Below, one piece after another: positions 29,596 to 39,228 of a DNA stretch of 64,000 nt. Source of the stretch: a phage. A program made the translations under genes and the position numbers. The stretch lies in the NCBI GenBank assembly GCA_012112355.1, contig GCA_012112355.1_3028.1. The stretch is one strand, 5' to 3'. The notes under the pieces are model-generated. The model saw only the letters and a list, made by a program, of their open reading frames with translations. It made no database searches and was not told where the DNA came from. Numbering within the stretch: position 1 is the stretch's first letter; every line of letters begins with the position of its first letter.

Positions 29596-30032
29596 TAGCT
29601 TACACGAACATTAATCACTGCGCTGCGAGGAACTACAGAGTACTCTCCAGCATGAACTACGTTCAGAAGTTCAACACCATCTTCAATCCACTGATCAGTC
29701 ACCCATCCACCCACAGGATTCGCGAATGGACGACGAATATAAACTGCCTTACACAGCAGATCAGTTGGATCTTCAGGTTTTTCAATTTCTGTCAATAGAC
29801 TAAAATCTTTTTCATAAATAATAAGCGGTGATACCATTCCATAATAGTTTCTAATTTCAATATACATCATACCGATAAGAATTCCGCTATTAACACTAAT
29901 AACAGTAAAAGGATATCCGCCAGTTAAACCAAGAAGTTCACAAAACTTATTATGAGCTGTATTAGACAGTACCGAAAAATTCTTAATTTCATCAAATTTT
30001 TTCAATTGATAAACAGCATTATTTTTAATCAT
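29595..30032 (-). CDS. paralog 3 of the same family
   Basis: 145 aa; C-terminal WVTDQWIEDGVELLNVVHAGEYSVVPR. Confidence 0.5.
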   Translation of the reverse strand: MIKNNAVYQLKKFDEIKNFSVLSNTAHNKFCELLGLTGGYPFTVISVNSGILIGMMYIEIRNYYGMVSPLIIYEKDFSLLTEIEKPEDPTDLLCKAVYIRRPFANPVGGWVTDQWIEDGVELLNVVHAGEYSVVPRSAVINVRVS

Positions 30033-30042
30033 AATTTTCTCT

Positions 30043-30555
30043 TTAATCTAAGGTAATAAAGCCTTTTAATTCGGCATGGGATTTACGGAACATTACTTGG
30101 TGCCCGCCAATGATAACTTGATCATCTGGCACTTCATAAATCGCAATGTACATTCCACGTTCTTTTAAGTCTTCACGCTCTTCTCGAGTGAACCATCTCA
30201 TCATATCATATTCGCTAGAGAAAGCAAAATGATATAATGCAATAAACCACAATGGAATATAATTTTCAATTCGTGAATAATCTTTATTCCATTTAGTTTT
30301 AATAACATCATTAGCATTTTCAACTAATAACTTATCATCGTGTGGAATAGGAATACTTTCATGACTTTCATAATTATCGCTATGATGATGAAATGATGAT
30401 GAATTAATACCACAAAATTTTAACCAAGTTCGAGTTTTCATAGAATCAAATCCACGATAAGGAGTCGATTGGACGCATAACTCTTGCCTAATTTTCATTA
30501 TACCACTATCATCATTTAGCGCATTAAATGATGATTCAACACGATAAATTTTCAT
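30043..30555 (-). CDS. hypothetical protein (dexA.1-like position)
   Basis: 170-aa ORF upstream of dexA. Confidence 0.45.
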   Translation of the reverse strand: MKIYRVESSFNALNDDSGIMKIRQELCVQSTPYRGFDSMKTRTWLKFCGINSSSFHHHSDNYESHESIPIPHDDKLLVENANDVIKTKWNKDYSRIENYIPLWFIALYHFAFSSEYDMMRWFTREEREDLKERGMYIAIYEVPDDQVIIGGHQVMFRKSHAELKGFITLD

Positions 30556-30582
30556 TTTATTATCCTCAGTAGCTATGGTGTT

Positions 30583-30612
30583 ATAGTACCATAACTAACC
30601 GAGGAAGTAAAC
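30583..30612 (-). promoter_or_regulatory. T4-type early promoter
   Basis: GTTTAC-ttcctcggttagttatgg-TACTAT on the minus strand upstream of the 170-aa ORF. Confidence 0.45.
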
Positions 30613-30618
30613 AACTTT

Positions 30619-31302
30619 TTATCGTTTTGTTGGAAGAGACAGAGGATCGCATTCTTCCTCTGATGGAGCGTCTTCAAGACCCATAGCATAGCGCAAAGCA
30701 TACTTCATCATCAGGATGTCTTTCGCACAGTCATGAATGGAATCATGCGCAACGAATCCATTTAAAGTTCCCTTTGGAAGAGGACACGTGGTCATATCAC
30801 GAACAAGTAGAAGTGCTTCAATTCTAGTACGAATGTCGCGTTGATTCCAGAATTTACATGGTTCTAACTTAAATGTGTCAAGCTCATTCTCAGAAACGCC
30901 GTTAAGACGTTGAATATCGCGAATGAGATCGACTAAAATTGGAAAATCAAACGACATTCCACGGCACCAGCCTTGAGATTTCCAAGGATCGATATTATGC
31001 GCATTGATGTAATCATTAAATTTTGCAATACCATCGATAGTGCTTACATCTTCATCGGATGGTGCAATATTTTTTCTAGCTTCAGGAGATTGATTCTTCC
31101 ACCATTCAATAGTGCTTTTAGTAAAAAGACGATGTCCTTTTTGGCTTTTTAAATCAAATTTGATTTTAATGCCACGTGAAACTAATTCATCAAATGTTTC
31201 AACAACTTCCGGGTTAGGGTCAAAAGCAATTACAGCCAAATCAATAACAGCTGCTTTTTCACCGCTTCCCATTGTTTCAAAATCTATAATAAAATCAAAC
31301 AT
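30619..31302 (-). CDS. dexA: exonuclease A (DnaQ-like 3'-5' exonuclease)
   Basis: 227 aa as T4 DexA; MFDFIIDFETMGSGEKAAVIDLAVIAF (DxE exonuclease motif). Confidence 0.85.
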   Translation of the reverse strand: MFDFIIDFETMGSGEKAAVIDLAVIAFDPNPEVVETFDELVSRGIKIKFDLKSQKGHRLFTKSTIEWWKNQSPEARKNIAPSDEDVSTIDGIAKFNDYINAHNIDPWKSQGWCRGMSFDFPILVDLIRDIQRLNGVSENELDTFKLEPCKFWNQRDIRTRIEALLLVRDMTTCPLPKGTLNGFVAHDSIHDCAKDILMMKYALRYAMGLEDAPSEEECDPLSLPTKR

Positions 31303-31559
31303 TAAACTTTCCTCGCTAAATCGCGAATTTGGCCTACAGTATAGTCTTGAATATAAACTTTATTAATAGGCTCATCAATAAATTTTGCCATAGATTCAAT
31401 ATCTTTTTGTATCTCTTTAAGACTGTATACTATCTTTGAAGCTTTTTCGCGAATAGTAATATTTTCAGGACCTGGATTTTCTTCAATGACAGCTTTAACA
31501 TTTGTCATAAGAGATTTAAACTGGTACCAACTCAACTCAATCATTAATAATCGCCTCAT
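31302..31559 (-). CDS. hypothetical protein, member of a tandem ~85-aa array
   Basis: 85 aa; similar in size and residue pattern to the next ORF (Q-F..L....I.E....K....L.EI..D....F....K..I.DY..G.I..L). Confidence 0.45.
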   Translation of the reverse strand: MRRLLMIELSWYQFKSLMTNVKAVIEENPGPENITIREKASKIVYSLKEIQKDIESMAKFIDEPINKVYIQDYTVGQIRDLARKV

Positions 31560-31797
31560 AAAGATAGCTAATTTCGCCTAAAACGTAATCATTGATTGTA
31601 ACAGTTTTCACTTCACCGCAAAAGAATTCTAACGCAATTAAATCTCGTTCAATTTCTTCTAATTGAAGCATCAACTTATTAGATTCAATTTTTACAGTTT
31701 CACGATTTTTACCATGAGCAATTTCATAAATTTCGCTCACTTTATCTTGAAGCAGATAAAACTGATCTTTAGTTATTTCCACGAATAGCTTCCTCAA
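31537..31797 (-). CDS. hypothetical protein, member of a tandem ~85-aa array
   Basis: 86 aa; overlaps its neighbours by 20-30 nt. Confidence 0.45.
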   Translation of the reverse strand: MRKLFVEITKDQFYLLQDKVSEIYEIAHGKNRETVKIESNKLMLQLEEIERDLIALEFFCGEVKTVTINDYVLGEISYLYEAIIND

Positions 31798-32029
31798 ATT
31801 TAATTAGTAATTTACAGACACTTTCATCTAGTGTAATTACCGTATCTGTATTACTGTGATATGATTGTTTTTCAATTCGTTTAATTGCTAATATAGTATC
31901 ACTTATAAGATAAAGCTTATGAAGGAGCTCAGCTCCTGTTACCATAACATCGAGATTATCTTGCTTATTAGTATGCTTCCTTATACCATCTATTAGACGA
32001 TTTAAATATTTTGAATTGATGTTAATCAT
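31769..32029 (-). CDS. hypothetical protein, third ~86-aa ORF of the array
   Basis: 86 aa directly downstream of dda. Confidence 0.4.
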   Translation of the reverse strand: MININSKYLNRLIDGIRKHTNKQDNLDVMVTGAELLHKLYLISDTILAIKRIEKQSYHSNTDTVITLDESVCKLLIKFEEAIRGNN

Positions 32030-32035
32030 ATAGCC

Positions 32036-33355
32036 TCACACATAAAACACATCATAACGACCACGTGTTACACCAACATAAAGAAGTTGTTGAGCTAGTT
32101 CAGCATCTGCATAATGAATACAAGGCGTATAAATGAAAGCACGGTCTACAGACATACCCTGAGCTTTATGGAATGTTGATGCAGGAAGTGCTTTCACTTT
32201 ACTAAACTGTGATTTAGCATCCCAAAAATCACTCCACGGAGCTTTTCCGCCTTTGTTCCAATTTTTATAAGTTTCTGCCGTTTTACCTAAAAATAGGTTA
32301 AACTTATATAGCTCTTCATCAGATGAAATTATTTTAATCTTTTCACGATAATATTCATCATCGCCATAAGTTTCTACTGTTAAATCCCAATGACGAATTA
32401 AGTATTCTCCAGGAACACCACGAGCTTTAACAAAGGTTGATGTATACTCTGCTTCTATAATACGAACTAATTGTCCATTATTAAAAATAATTTCTGACAC
32501 AGGCTTTCCATCAATTTTATATGTTTTAATTAATGGTTCCTGCATTACAATAATTTCACCGACAATAAAATCTTTATCAGTTTCAAAAATCTTTTTACGA
32601 ATAATGCTATTTAACTTGTCAACAGATTTATTCGTAAATGCCATTACGCGATTTTCAAACAAATCATCTAAAGATTTGACGATTGAAAAATAATTTACCA
32701 TAAAATCGCGTAAAGCGGTATCACCAGTAAATCCACGTACTCCATGCCCGTCAACAACTTTATCATAAATCCACTTACCGTTACGAACGTCAGTAGCTAC
32801 ATCAATAATAGGAGCATTACTGCGTTTAACTTCAGTGAGTTCACACTGATAAAAATCTTTATGCGTAAAGAATGGACTGATATAAGCAGTATTTTCTCCT
32901 GGGTCAACAGGTCTAATTTGCTTATTATCACCTATTCCAATTATAGTACACCACGGCGGGATAGTTGAAAGCAGAATTTTAAATAGCTTTCTATCATACA
33001 TTGACACTTCATCGCAGATTAATACTCTGCATTTAGCTAAATCTGGTACTTCCTTCTGCTCAAAGAGGACATTTTCTTCATATGTTACCGGGTTAATTTT
33101 GAGAATACTGTGAATAGTACTCGCTTCTTTCCCTGATAGTTTTGAAAGAATCTTTTTAGCTGCATGAGTAGGAGCTGCTAAAATAATGCCAGTTTCGCCC
33201 GTAGATATTAAGGCTTCAATGATGAACTTAGTAAGAGTAGTCTTACCAGTACCAGCAGGTCCATTAATAGTTACATGATGTTTCTTTTCTTTAATAGCCC
33301 TCATAACAATGTTAAAGGCATTTTTCTGGCCTTCAGTCAAATCATCAAATGTCAT
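32036..33355 (-). CDS. dda: DNA helicase Dda (SF1B)
   Basis: 439 aa as T4 Dda; MTFDDLTEGQKNAFNIVMRAIKEKKHHVTINGPAGTGKTT (Walker A). Confidence 0.9.
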   Translation of the reverse strand: MTFDDLTEGQKNAFNIVMRAIKEKKHHVTINGPAGTGKTTLTKFIIEALISTGETGIILAAPTHAAKKILSKLSGKEASTIHSILKINPVTYEENVLFEQKEVPDLAKCRVLICDEVSMYDRKLFKILLSTIPPWCTIIGIGDNKQIRPVDPGENTAYISPFFTHKDFYQCELTEVKRSNAPIIDVATDVRNGKWIYDKVVDGHGVRGFTGDTALRDFMVNYFSIVKSLDDLFENRVMAFTNKSVDKLNSIIRKKIFETDKDFIVGEIIVMQEPLIKTYKIDGKPVSEIIFNNGQLVRIIEAEYTSTFVKARGVPGEYLIRHWDLTVETYGDDEYYREKIKIISSDEELYKFNLFLGKTAETYKNWNKGGKAPWSDFWDAKSQFSKVKALPASTFHKAQGMSVDRAFIYTPCIHYADAELAQQLLYVGVTRGRYDVFYV

Positions 33356-33663
33356 CGTAAATTCCCTGCAATTGGTATACTAACAATACGCCCAGTATCT
33401 AAAATTCGCCGATATAATCTTTGTGTGTCTACATCAGGCTTAACATGTTTAACTTCTATTTTATTAAACCAAAACTTGCGTGGAGTCTCAACTAATCTTG
33501 GAATTCCCTTACCTAAAGCTAATCGATACTGCTCTTTAAGAGTAGTAAATACTTTATCAGCAATATTCCATTCAAAAAATACAGCAGGACGATGTTCATC
33601 AAGTGGAACTGGCGCCGTAAATCCGTCTTTGTCTCGGTAAACTATCACATATACATAAACCAT
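33352..33663 (-). CDS. hypothetical protein (dda.1-like position)
   Basis: 103-aa ORF whose stop overlaps the dda start. Confidence 0.5.
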   Translation of the reverse strand: MVYVYVIVYRDKDGFTAPVPLDEHRPAVFFEWNIADKVFTTLKEQYRLALGKGIPRLVETPRKFWFNKIEVKHVKPDVDTQRLYRRILDTGRIVSIPIAGNLR

Positions 33664-33664
33664 A

Positions 33665-34420
33665 TTATCCTCGGATAAGTTTAAAAATTGAACAATTTAG
33701 CGGGTATCCTCTTTTCAGTTTAAGTTTATCAATAAAAGACAAGTTTTGATACCGCTCTACACCTTGAATAATTTTATCACACATATCATATTGCATTTCT
33801 GCTTCTGACAACTTTTTCACAATTTTCCAATCCGAGCCTTTAAGAAGAACGTTCAGTTTAACAACTTCAGCGCCTTCTGCTATGCGAGAACCATCAATAC
33901 GAGCTTTAAGTGCTATAATTCTTAGCTTAATGTCAGAGGTCTGTTTTGATTTAGAAAGCTGAGAAATGTGTTCAATTCGGTTTTCACGTTTTTTCTGTAT
34001 AGCTTTAATTTGATTATAAGTCTTTTTGATTTTAGCCCATTTCTTTTCATCTAAATTTAGTTTATGAACTTTTTTCGCAGATGAACGACCAATTCGCAAA
34101 GCAAACAAATCACGTTTTTCAATTAACTCCTCTAAAGTATAATCAGAACGAAATGTATTATACTTTTTCTTTACTGCAATAACATTCCCTTTAATGTATC
34201 CAACGTTATTATCAAAACGTTCTAATGATAATTTCTCTCCTTCAATACGATTATCAAAAGGTTCTCCCGAGTAAGCACAAACTTTTTGATCTAAAATGTT
34301 CTTAATGTAATTGAAGTCTAAGTTAAAATCTTTAGAACGTCTTTTTGCAGATGCCTGAGTATGCTCTAAACGACGTTTAATTTTACGAATTTGGTTATTA
34401 GACATATTATGCAGTTTCAT
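33665..34420 (-). CDS. srd: probable Srd
   Basis: 251-aa basic protein between the modA block and dda; assignment mainly by synteny and size. Confidence 0.5.
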   Translation of the reverse strand: MKLHNMSNNQIRKIKRRLEHTQASAKRRSKDFNLDFNYIKNILDQKVCAYSGEPFDNRIEGEKLSLERFDNNVGYIKGNVIAVKKKYNTFRSDYTLEELIEKRDLFALRIGRSSAKKVHKLNLDEKKWAKIKKTYNQIKAIQKKRENRIEHISQLSKSKQTSDIKLRIIALKARIDGSRIAEGAEVVKLNVLLKGSDWKIVKKLSEAEMQYDMCDKIIQGVERYQNLSFIDKLKLKRGYPLNCSIFKLIRG

Positions 34421-34456
34421 ATTTTTATCACATCTTACGGACGGTTAACTACTTAT

Positions 34457-34486
34457 ACTATAACATTTTTACTTTAACTTGTAAAC
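34457..34486 (-). promoter_or_regulatory. T4-type early promoter upstream of srd
   Basis: GTTTAC-aagttaaagtaaaaatgt-TATAGT on the minus strand. Confidence 0.45.
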
Positions 34487-34542
34487 AATTTTATGAAAAA
34501 TGCTTTAAAAATTTCATGGTATAATGAATCTAAGTCCTTCCA

Positions 34543-35145
34543 TTATAGATTAAATCCTTCAAAATCAAGAGTATAGATAGTGTATGTTGAATACTTTTTG
34601 TACTCATATCTATCTGCAATTCTAAATACACTTCCAGCTGGTATCATTACTTCTTGTTCATCTGAAACTAATTCCATATTACGATAACGATGGCTATCCG
34701 GAAACTTAAAGTTTGGATTGTATTCTTTACAGCGTAGAGCTTTTATAGCATACTCCTGGAAATTGAATACCATAGGAGCTTTGAATTCAAAAATAACCTG
34801 TGTGTTATACTCTAAACCGGAAGCAAAATGTAGAGCTATATTTTTATCATATGAAGCTGATACGACTTTATCAAATGTAATAATATCAATTCCTTGATTT
34901 AACACCTGCTTAGTCTCGACTGGAACACCTCTCCAAAGAGGTTTATCGTTTGGAACCAAACGAGATTTGATTATTTCATTTAACCAAGTATGGTCATCTG
35001 GCTTATTAGTAATACAATGAATTAAAAGTTCAATTTCAGATAAATTAAACCCTTCAGAAAGTAATTCTTCACGAATAGAAGCACGCACCGATGCATCCAT
35101 TGATTTTATTTTAAAATCTTTTAGTTGCATTACTGAGTATTTCAT
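34543..35145 (-). CDS. modA: ADP-ribosyltransferase ModA
   Basis: 200 aa as T4 ModA; contains the EQEVMIP glutamate motif typical of R-S-E ADP-ribosyltransferases. Confidence 0.7.
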   Translation of the reverse strand: MKYSVMQLKDFKIKSMDASVRASIREELLSEGFNLSEIELLIHCITNKPDDHTWLNEIIKSRLVPNDKPLWRGVPVETKQVLNQGIDIITFDKVVSASYDKNIALHFASGLEYNTQVIFEFKAPMVFNFQEYAIKALRCKEYNPNFKFPDSHRYRNMELVSDEQEVMIPAGSVFRIADRYEYKKYSTYTIYTLDFEGFNL

Positions 35146-35765
35146 TCAACTACCTCAATATCATAAACTTTAAATGTTCCAAATGAATCGTGTAATTTTT
35201 CTTTTGAAATAGAAGTTATTTTATACTTTCCAATTGGAATCATCCATTCTTGTTCATGCACAATCATCATTAAGTTATCAGTTCTTTCTGAATCTAACCC
35301 ATCAGTATCTTCATACGTGTACTTAAACTCAGTATTAGGAGAAGAAAGTATAATATCGCTGATATGGTCAGAATAATTAAAAGCTTTATCAGTTTTTAAA
35401 CGAAGTATTGTTTCAGTGAAATATTCAGCATAAGAAAAAGAACACGCTGTATGCAAACTAGTAGTAAATGAATCTACCCTGTTCGTTGAAAACACTTCTC
35501 CAACCTGTAAATCTTTAATAAGTTCTTTTGTCGATTTTGATATACCACGATATAATTGATAAGGCGATTTAGTTAAATGCTTTTTAATGATTTTATTCAA
35601 CTGTCTGTGAAGAGCTTCATTCTTTTTGGCTTCCATACATTGCCAAAGAACAGACTGCTCAAAGTCAGTAAATTTTTCACAGACTTTTTTATACATATCA
35701 TATTGAAAATCAACGCTTTCAGCTTTTATAGATAACTGTTCAACATCTGCAGGATTAATAATCAT
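35142..35765 (-). CDS. modB: ADP-ribosyltransferase ModB
   Basis: 207 aa as T4 ModB; EQEWMIP motif; tandem with modA with overlapping stop/start. Confidence 0.7.
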   Translation of the reverse strand: MIINPADVEQLSIKAESVDFQYDMYKKVCEKFTDFEQSVLWQCMEAKKNEALHRQLNKIIKKHLTKSPYQLYRGISKSTKELIKDLQVGEVFSTNRVDSFTTSLHTACSFSYAEYFTETILRLKTDKAFNYSDHISDIILSSPNTEFKYTYEDTDGLDSERTDNLMMIVHEQEWMIPIGKYKITSISKEKLHDSFGTFKVYDIEVVE

Positions 35766-35791
35766 GATAGCCTCCGTATACTTCAGAAGCT

Positions 35792-35821
35792 ATCATATCA
35801 TCGTTAGAAAGGAAAGTAAAC
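35792..35821 (-). promoter_or_regulatory. T4-type early promoter upstream of modB
   Basis: GTTTAC-tttcctttctaacgatga-TATGAT on the minus strand. Confidence 0.4.
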
Positions 35822-35832
35822 AACTTTTTGAA

Positions 35833-36015
35833 TTATTTTGCCCAGGGAGCCCAAGGCGGAGGGTCAAGATGGTATGAAGCTAGTTCTTCTAGAAGAGCAT
35901 CTGGGGCTTCAATTCCATAATTCTGTAATACTATACGGTACTCTTTCTTATAATCACTAGAATCATTCTGGTTATTCGTAGAATGATTATCTTCTAACAT
36001 CTCAAATAAATCCAT
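35833..36015 (-). CDS. hypothetical small acidic protein
   Basis: 60-aa ORF, start overlapping the upstream stop. Confidence 0.4.
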   Translation of the reverse strand: MDLFEMLEDNHSTNNQNDSSDYKKEYRIVLQNYGIEAPDALLEELASYHLDPPPWAPWAK

Positions 36016-36023
36016 ATTAATTC

Positions 36024-36494
36024 CTAGCGATAAAAACCAAAGTGACGATTAGCTTCAATGATCTTTCTTTCTTCTTCGGACATTCTCCAGCGTAGTCCAA
36101 CATCAAAATGAGCCCAGACCATCCTAACAAATGCATTTATATCTTTAATATCTTCAATAATGAATGTTTTACTTTTAGAAGGTTGACTCGCTAATTTAAC
36201 TTTATCGTCTTCAAACATGTCAAAAAGACCATATTCATGAGCTCTTTTATAGCCTTTAATAGTTAAAGCTTCAGAAGAAGAAAATGGTGAATCTGTATTC
36301 TGCAAAATATCTTCAGTATGCTTTATAATTAGAATAACATTTTCTGGATATTTTCTTTCTTTTATATCTTTAATTAAAATATCCGGATTTTCTGCTAAAG
36401 GAATAATTAACGAGCATTTTTTATCAAGTGTATTTACTGATTTACCTTCTTTAGACATAAATTCTATTGAATATAATTTTGCTACTTCAATCAT
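36024..36494 (-). CDS. hypothetical protein (mrh/srh region)
   Basis: 156-aa ORF. Confidence 0.45.
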   Translation of the reverse strand: MIEVAKLYSIEFMSKEGKSVNTLDKKCSLIIPLAENPDILIKDIKERKYPENVILIIKHTEDILQNTDSPFSSSEALTIKGYKRAHEYGLFDMFEDDKVKLASQPSKSKTFIIEDIKDINAFVRMVWAHFDVGLRWRMSEEERKIIEANRHFGFYR

Positions 36495-36651
36495 GTGATT
36501 TCCTTTTGCCTACTAATGGACCGTCAGGAATTTTGTTTTCCTGAATGTATTTCTCATTTTCTTCCATCATTTTACTACCGATTTTAAGAAGCAAATCCAT
36601 TGCTTCATTTGCTTTAGCCTTTGCCTCTTCTAACGTCATATCTTTGGTCAT
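36487..36651 (-). CDS. hypothetical small protein (~54 aa), below track cutoff
   Basis: Manual translation [54 protein letters not shown]; stop overlaps the next ATG. Coordinates approximate. Confidence 0.3.
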   Translation of the reverse strand: MTKDMTLEEAKAKANEAMDLLLKIGSKMMEENEKYIQENKIPDGPLVGKRKSHD

Positions 36652-36851
36652 GATTTATCACCATAGATGTCTCTCATCAATTTAAGCGCTGAGCGTTCTA
36701 ATTTCTTTTCTTTCTCAGCACTAATCATTGATTTTATCCATTCTTCTGACTCGTTCTGCATTTCTTTATTTGCCTGTTCAACCCAACCATCATCAATATA
36801 CATTGAGTTTGGTCTATTGAACCATTCAAGCATTTTCTTCAGAACTTTCAT
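36648..36851 (-). CDS. hypothetical small protein
   Basis: 67-aa ORF. Confidence 0.4.
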   Translation of the reverse strand: MKVLKKMLEWFNRPNSMYIDDGWVEQANKEMQNESEEWIKSMISAEKEKKLERSALKLMRDIYGDKS

Positions 36852-37323
36852 TTGTTTTACCTAAAACGATAGTATGGACAGAGTCAAATTCATGAATTTT
36901 TAGCAAATTAGGATTTAAATTATTCCATAAAGAGGTAATAAAATATGATAGCGCACTTTCGTCCGTAATTATAAATTTATTTCCTTTATCTATTTTCCAA
37001 TCATATATTGAATCGTATGAATAGAAGGATAACGGTTTATTATTATAGTATGCTTCAGCAACATCAATATAGTTAGATTTAGTAAATGCTTGAATTGCCA
37101 TAAATGGAGAATTTTGTACAGTTTCAATAATTCCGATCTTTTTAAGTTTTATTTCAACATCTTCTGGAACTGGCATTGAAATAAAATCTTCTACTAGATA
37201 CATGTCATTGTCATATCTTTTATCAATCATTACTGCTACTGTAATTGGAACATCCTTGACAAACGCCATACTAATACTATTGATAGACATTTCAAACAAA
37301 ATCGCTTCCATAATTTTCCTCAA
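36826..37323 (-). CDS. hypothetical protein
   Basis: 165-aa ORF. Confidence 0.45.
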   Translation of the reverse strand: MRKIMEAILFEMSINSISMAFVKDVPITVAVMIDKRYDNDMYLVEDFISMPVPEDVEIKLKKIGIIETVQNSPFMAIQAFTKSNYIDVAEAYYNNKPLSFYSYDSIYDWKIDKGNKFIITDESALSYFITSLWNNLNPNLLKIHEFDSVHTIVLGKTNESSEENA

Positions 37324-37661
37324 TCACAAGATGTAGATGAACAACTAGAATCACAAGAACTTCCACATGAATCGCCCGTCCATACATGAACAGGAACATT
37401 AGTATCATATGAATCAGAACTAGACTGTGTATTCTGTGCATTAGATGATGTAGTAGGTACTGACCAGCGCCAAGGATTTTTATAATATTCTTGGGCTTCT
37501 TCATAAGTCATAGTAACTGCTTCTACTGTTCCATCTCCCATATAAACATACTCAACTACAGTTAAAGGAAGGTAGTCATTTGAAATAGGAACTACACCTT
37601 CTCCCGGAGTTGTAGAGAAAAAATCTGTAAAGAAATTTTTAAACCAATTAAATATAAACAT
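37320..37661 (-). CDS. hypothetical protein with hydrophobic N-terminus and Ser/Cys-rich C-terminal tail
   Basis: 113 aa; ends ...[20 protein letters not shown] (six Cys in the last 17 residues). Confidence 0.45.
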   Translation of the reverse strand: MFIFNWFKNFFTDFFSTTPGEGVVPISNDYLPLTVVEYVYMGDGTVEAVTMTYEEAQEYYKNPWRWSVPTTSSNAQNTQSSSDSYDTNVPVHVWTGDSCGSSCDSSCSSTSCD

Positions 37662-37867
37662 TACAAAAAGCCTCTTTTGAATTCGACTTGCTTATCGCCA
37701 TAATCATATCGAATCTCTGCATTAAATTCGACAGAACCATCTGCGTACATCATAAATGAATGCACAACAACTTCTGTGGACCATGGCTGCAGTTCATATT
37801 TCTTCATTACATGCCGTGAAATGATAATATCTAAATCTTCATTTGGTTTAATCCAACGATTTAACAT
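37661..37867 (-). CDS. hypothetical small protein
   Basis: 68-aa ORF; its stop overlaps the start of the Cys-rich ORF. Confidence 0.4.
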   Translation of the reverse strand: MLNRWIKPNEDLDIIISRHVMKKYELQPWSTEVVVHSFMMYADGSVEFNAEIRYDYGDKQVEFKRGFL

Positions 37868-37937
37868 AGTGCTCTCCTCTATAAGATAATTCTATTATAC
37901 CACACTCATTTTGATATGTAAACTGCAAAAACGAAAA

Positions 37938-37959
37938 AAGGAACCCCGAAGGATTCCTT
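37938..37959 (-). terminator. hairpin (aaggaacc-ccgaagg-attcctt) downstream of soc
   Basis: Inverted repeat immediately 3' of the soc stop on the minus strand. Confidence 0.45.
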
Positions 37960-37964
37960 AAATT

Positions 37965-38222
37965 TTAACCACCAATACCTGGAGTTGGCGTAACAGTCCA
38001 AAGACCTTCATTAGCAGTGATCCATTCAGTACGCTGATTTTCTTCATATACTGTAGAATATGCTGCTTTTTCAGAAGGAAATGTCTGATAATGAGCACCA
38101 GAAATTTTGTGAACATCAGAATAAAGAGGGAAAGCTACAGAAATTTCTTTACCCTGAATTGTACCACCATCAACTGCTTGGTCAAATGTTTTAATATTAA
38201 CATAACCGCGAGTACTAGCCAT
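37965..38222 (-). CDS. soc: small outer capsid protein Soc
   Basis: 85 aa; MASTRGYVNIKTF...EISVAFPLYSDVHKISGAHYQTFPSEKAAYSTVYEENQRTEWI, matching T4 Soc. Confidence 0.9.
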   Translation of the reverse strand: MASTRGYVNIKTFDQAVDGGTIQGKEISVAFPLYSDVHKISGAHYQTFPSEKAAYSTVYEENQRTEWITANEGLWTVTPTPGIGG

Positions 38223-38238
38223 GTAATTCTCCTTTTAT

Positions 38239-38448
38239 TTAAATTACATGATTATTTATAATAAATTCTCGCGGAACGTTAAAATATCCGATTTTAGTTA
38301 ATATAACAACATCACCGTTAATAATTACCGGAGAATAATCTTCTGGAGTGTTAAATTTCCAATGGGATCTAATATTATATCCATCAGAACCAAATGCTCG
38401 AGTAGCCGGTCTCCCGGCTTTTTGCCACGCGTAGAAATCAAATTTCAT
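38239..38448 (-). CDS. hypothetical small protein
   Basis: 69-aa ORF between gene 56 and soc. Confidence 0.4.
   Translation of the reverse strand: MKFDFYAWQKAGRPATRAFGSDGYNIRSHWKFNTPEDYSPVIINGDVVILTKIGYFNVPREFIINNHVI
38253..38260 (-). promoter_or_regulatory. late promoter TATAAATA for soc
   Basis: Plus-strand tatttata = TATAAATA on the minus strand, about 30 nt upstream of the soc ATG. Confidence 0.5.
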
Positions 38449-38639
38449 TTTGAATGCTCTATAATTAATTTTAAAGCTTCTTCACTGACAAAAATTTCGT
38501 CAGGACCTTCTATAACTTCAACCATACGAAGTTGATTAGTTAAGAGCTCACATACGAGCTCCTTGTTATAATCTTTAAATAGCTGGTCAATACGTTTCTT
38601 ATGGGCTTTCTTAAGCTGACGCTTATTTAAACGAGCCAT
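38445..38639 (-). CDS. hypothetical small basic protein
   Basis: 64-aa ORF with stop/start overlaps on both sides. Confidence 0.4.
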   Translation of the reverse strand: MARLNKRQLKKAHKKRIDQLFKDYNKELVCELLTNQLRMVEVIEGPDEIFVSEEALKLIIEHSK

Positions 38640-39157
38640 TAATAACCTCGGTCTTGACGAGCGAAGTTTTCAGCATTTTTCAGGTAATAAAGTTTAAAGA
38701 TTTCTTCAGCCGACATTCCAAGAGCAATAAATTTATTCATGAAAAAGTGAAATTGGTCAATCAGTTCAAATTTAATTTCAAGCTGATCTTCAGGAGATAA
38801 GTCTTGAATTTTCTTGGATTGCATTTCAGAATAACGTTTCTTCCAAGGTTTCCATACAGCAGAAGCTTCTTTTTCACCATTACTCATACCACCAAGAGAA
38901 GTATATAGCTCGCGAGTTTCGTCTGCGATATAATCGTCTTGGTTTCGCAGCCAAGCAAGAACTTCTCCTGCAGTTTCAAGTGAATCAGGATGACGATTTG
39001 TTTCTGGTTTATCATTAGCCAAACGAATCTGTAAATGCCGCTGCATGTCAAGCATAACCTGCAATGGGTCAATACTGTGCATAATATACTCAGCATATGC
39101 ACGATTTGCTTTATCAACACCTTCGATCAAATGAGCACATTCATTAAAGTGAGCCAT
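38639..39157 (-). CDS. 56: dCTP pyrophosphatase gp56 (MazG-like)
   Basis: Track ORF 38639..39250 is over-extended; from the internal Met (MAHFNECAHLIEGVDKA...LQVMLDMQR...EIFKLYYLKNAENFARQDRGY) ~172 aa, matching T4 gp56. Confidence 0.85.
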   Translation of the reverse strand: MAHFNECAHLIEGVDKANRAYAEYIMHSIDPLQVMLDMQRHLQIRLANDKPETNRHPDSLETAGEVLAWLRNQDDYIADETRELYTSLGGMSNGEKEASAVWKPWKKRYSEMQSKKIQDLSPEDQLEIKFELIDQFHFFMNKFIALGMSAEEIFKLYYLKNAENFARQDRGY

Positions 39158-39228
39158 TATTTTTCCTTTCAATTCATGGGTTAGTAGATTAATTATACAA
39201 TAAATATATAAAGCAATAAGGAGGACAT

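Noticed and set aside
37292-37504. His-rich 70-aa ORF (MKKPKNIIK...[11 protein letters not shown])
   Set aside because: Alternative frame overlapping the 113-aa Cys-tail ORF on the same strand; low complexity and no independent start context. Kept only as a caveat on that gene's frame.
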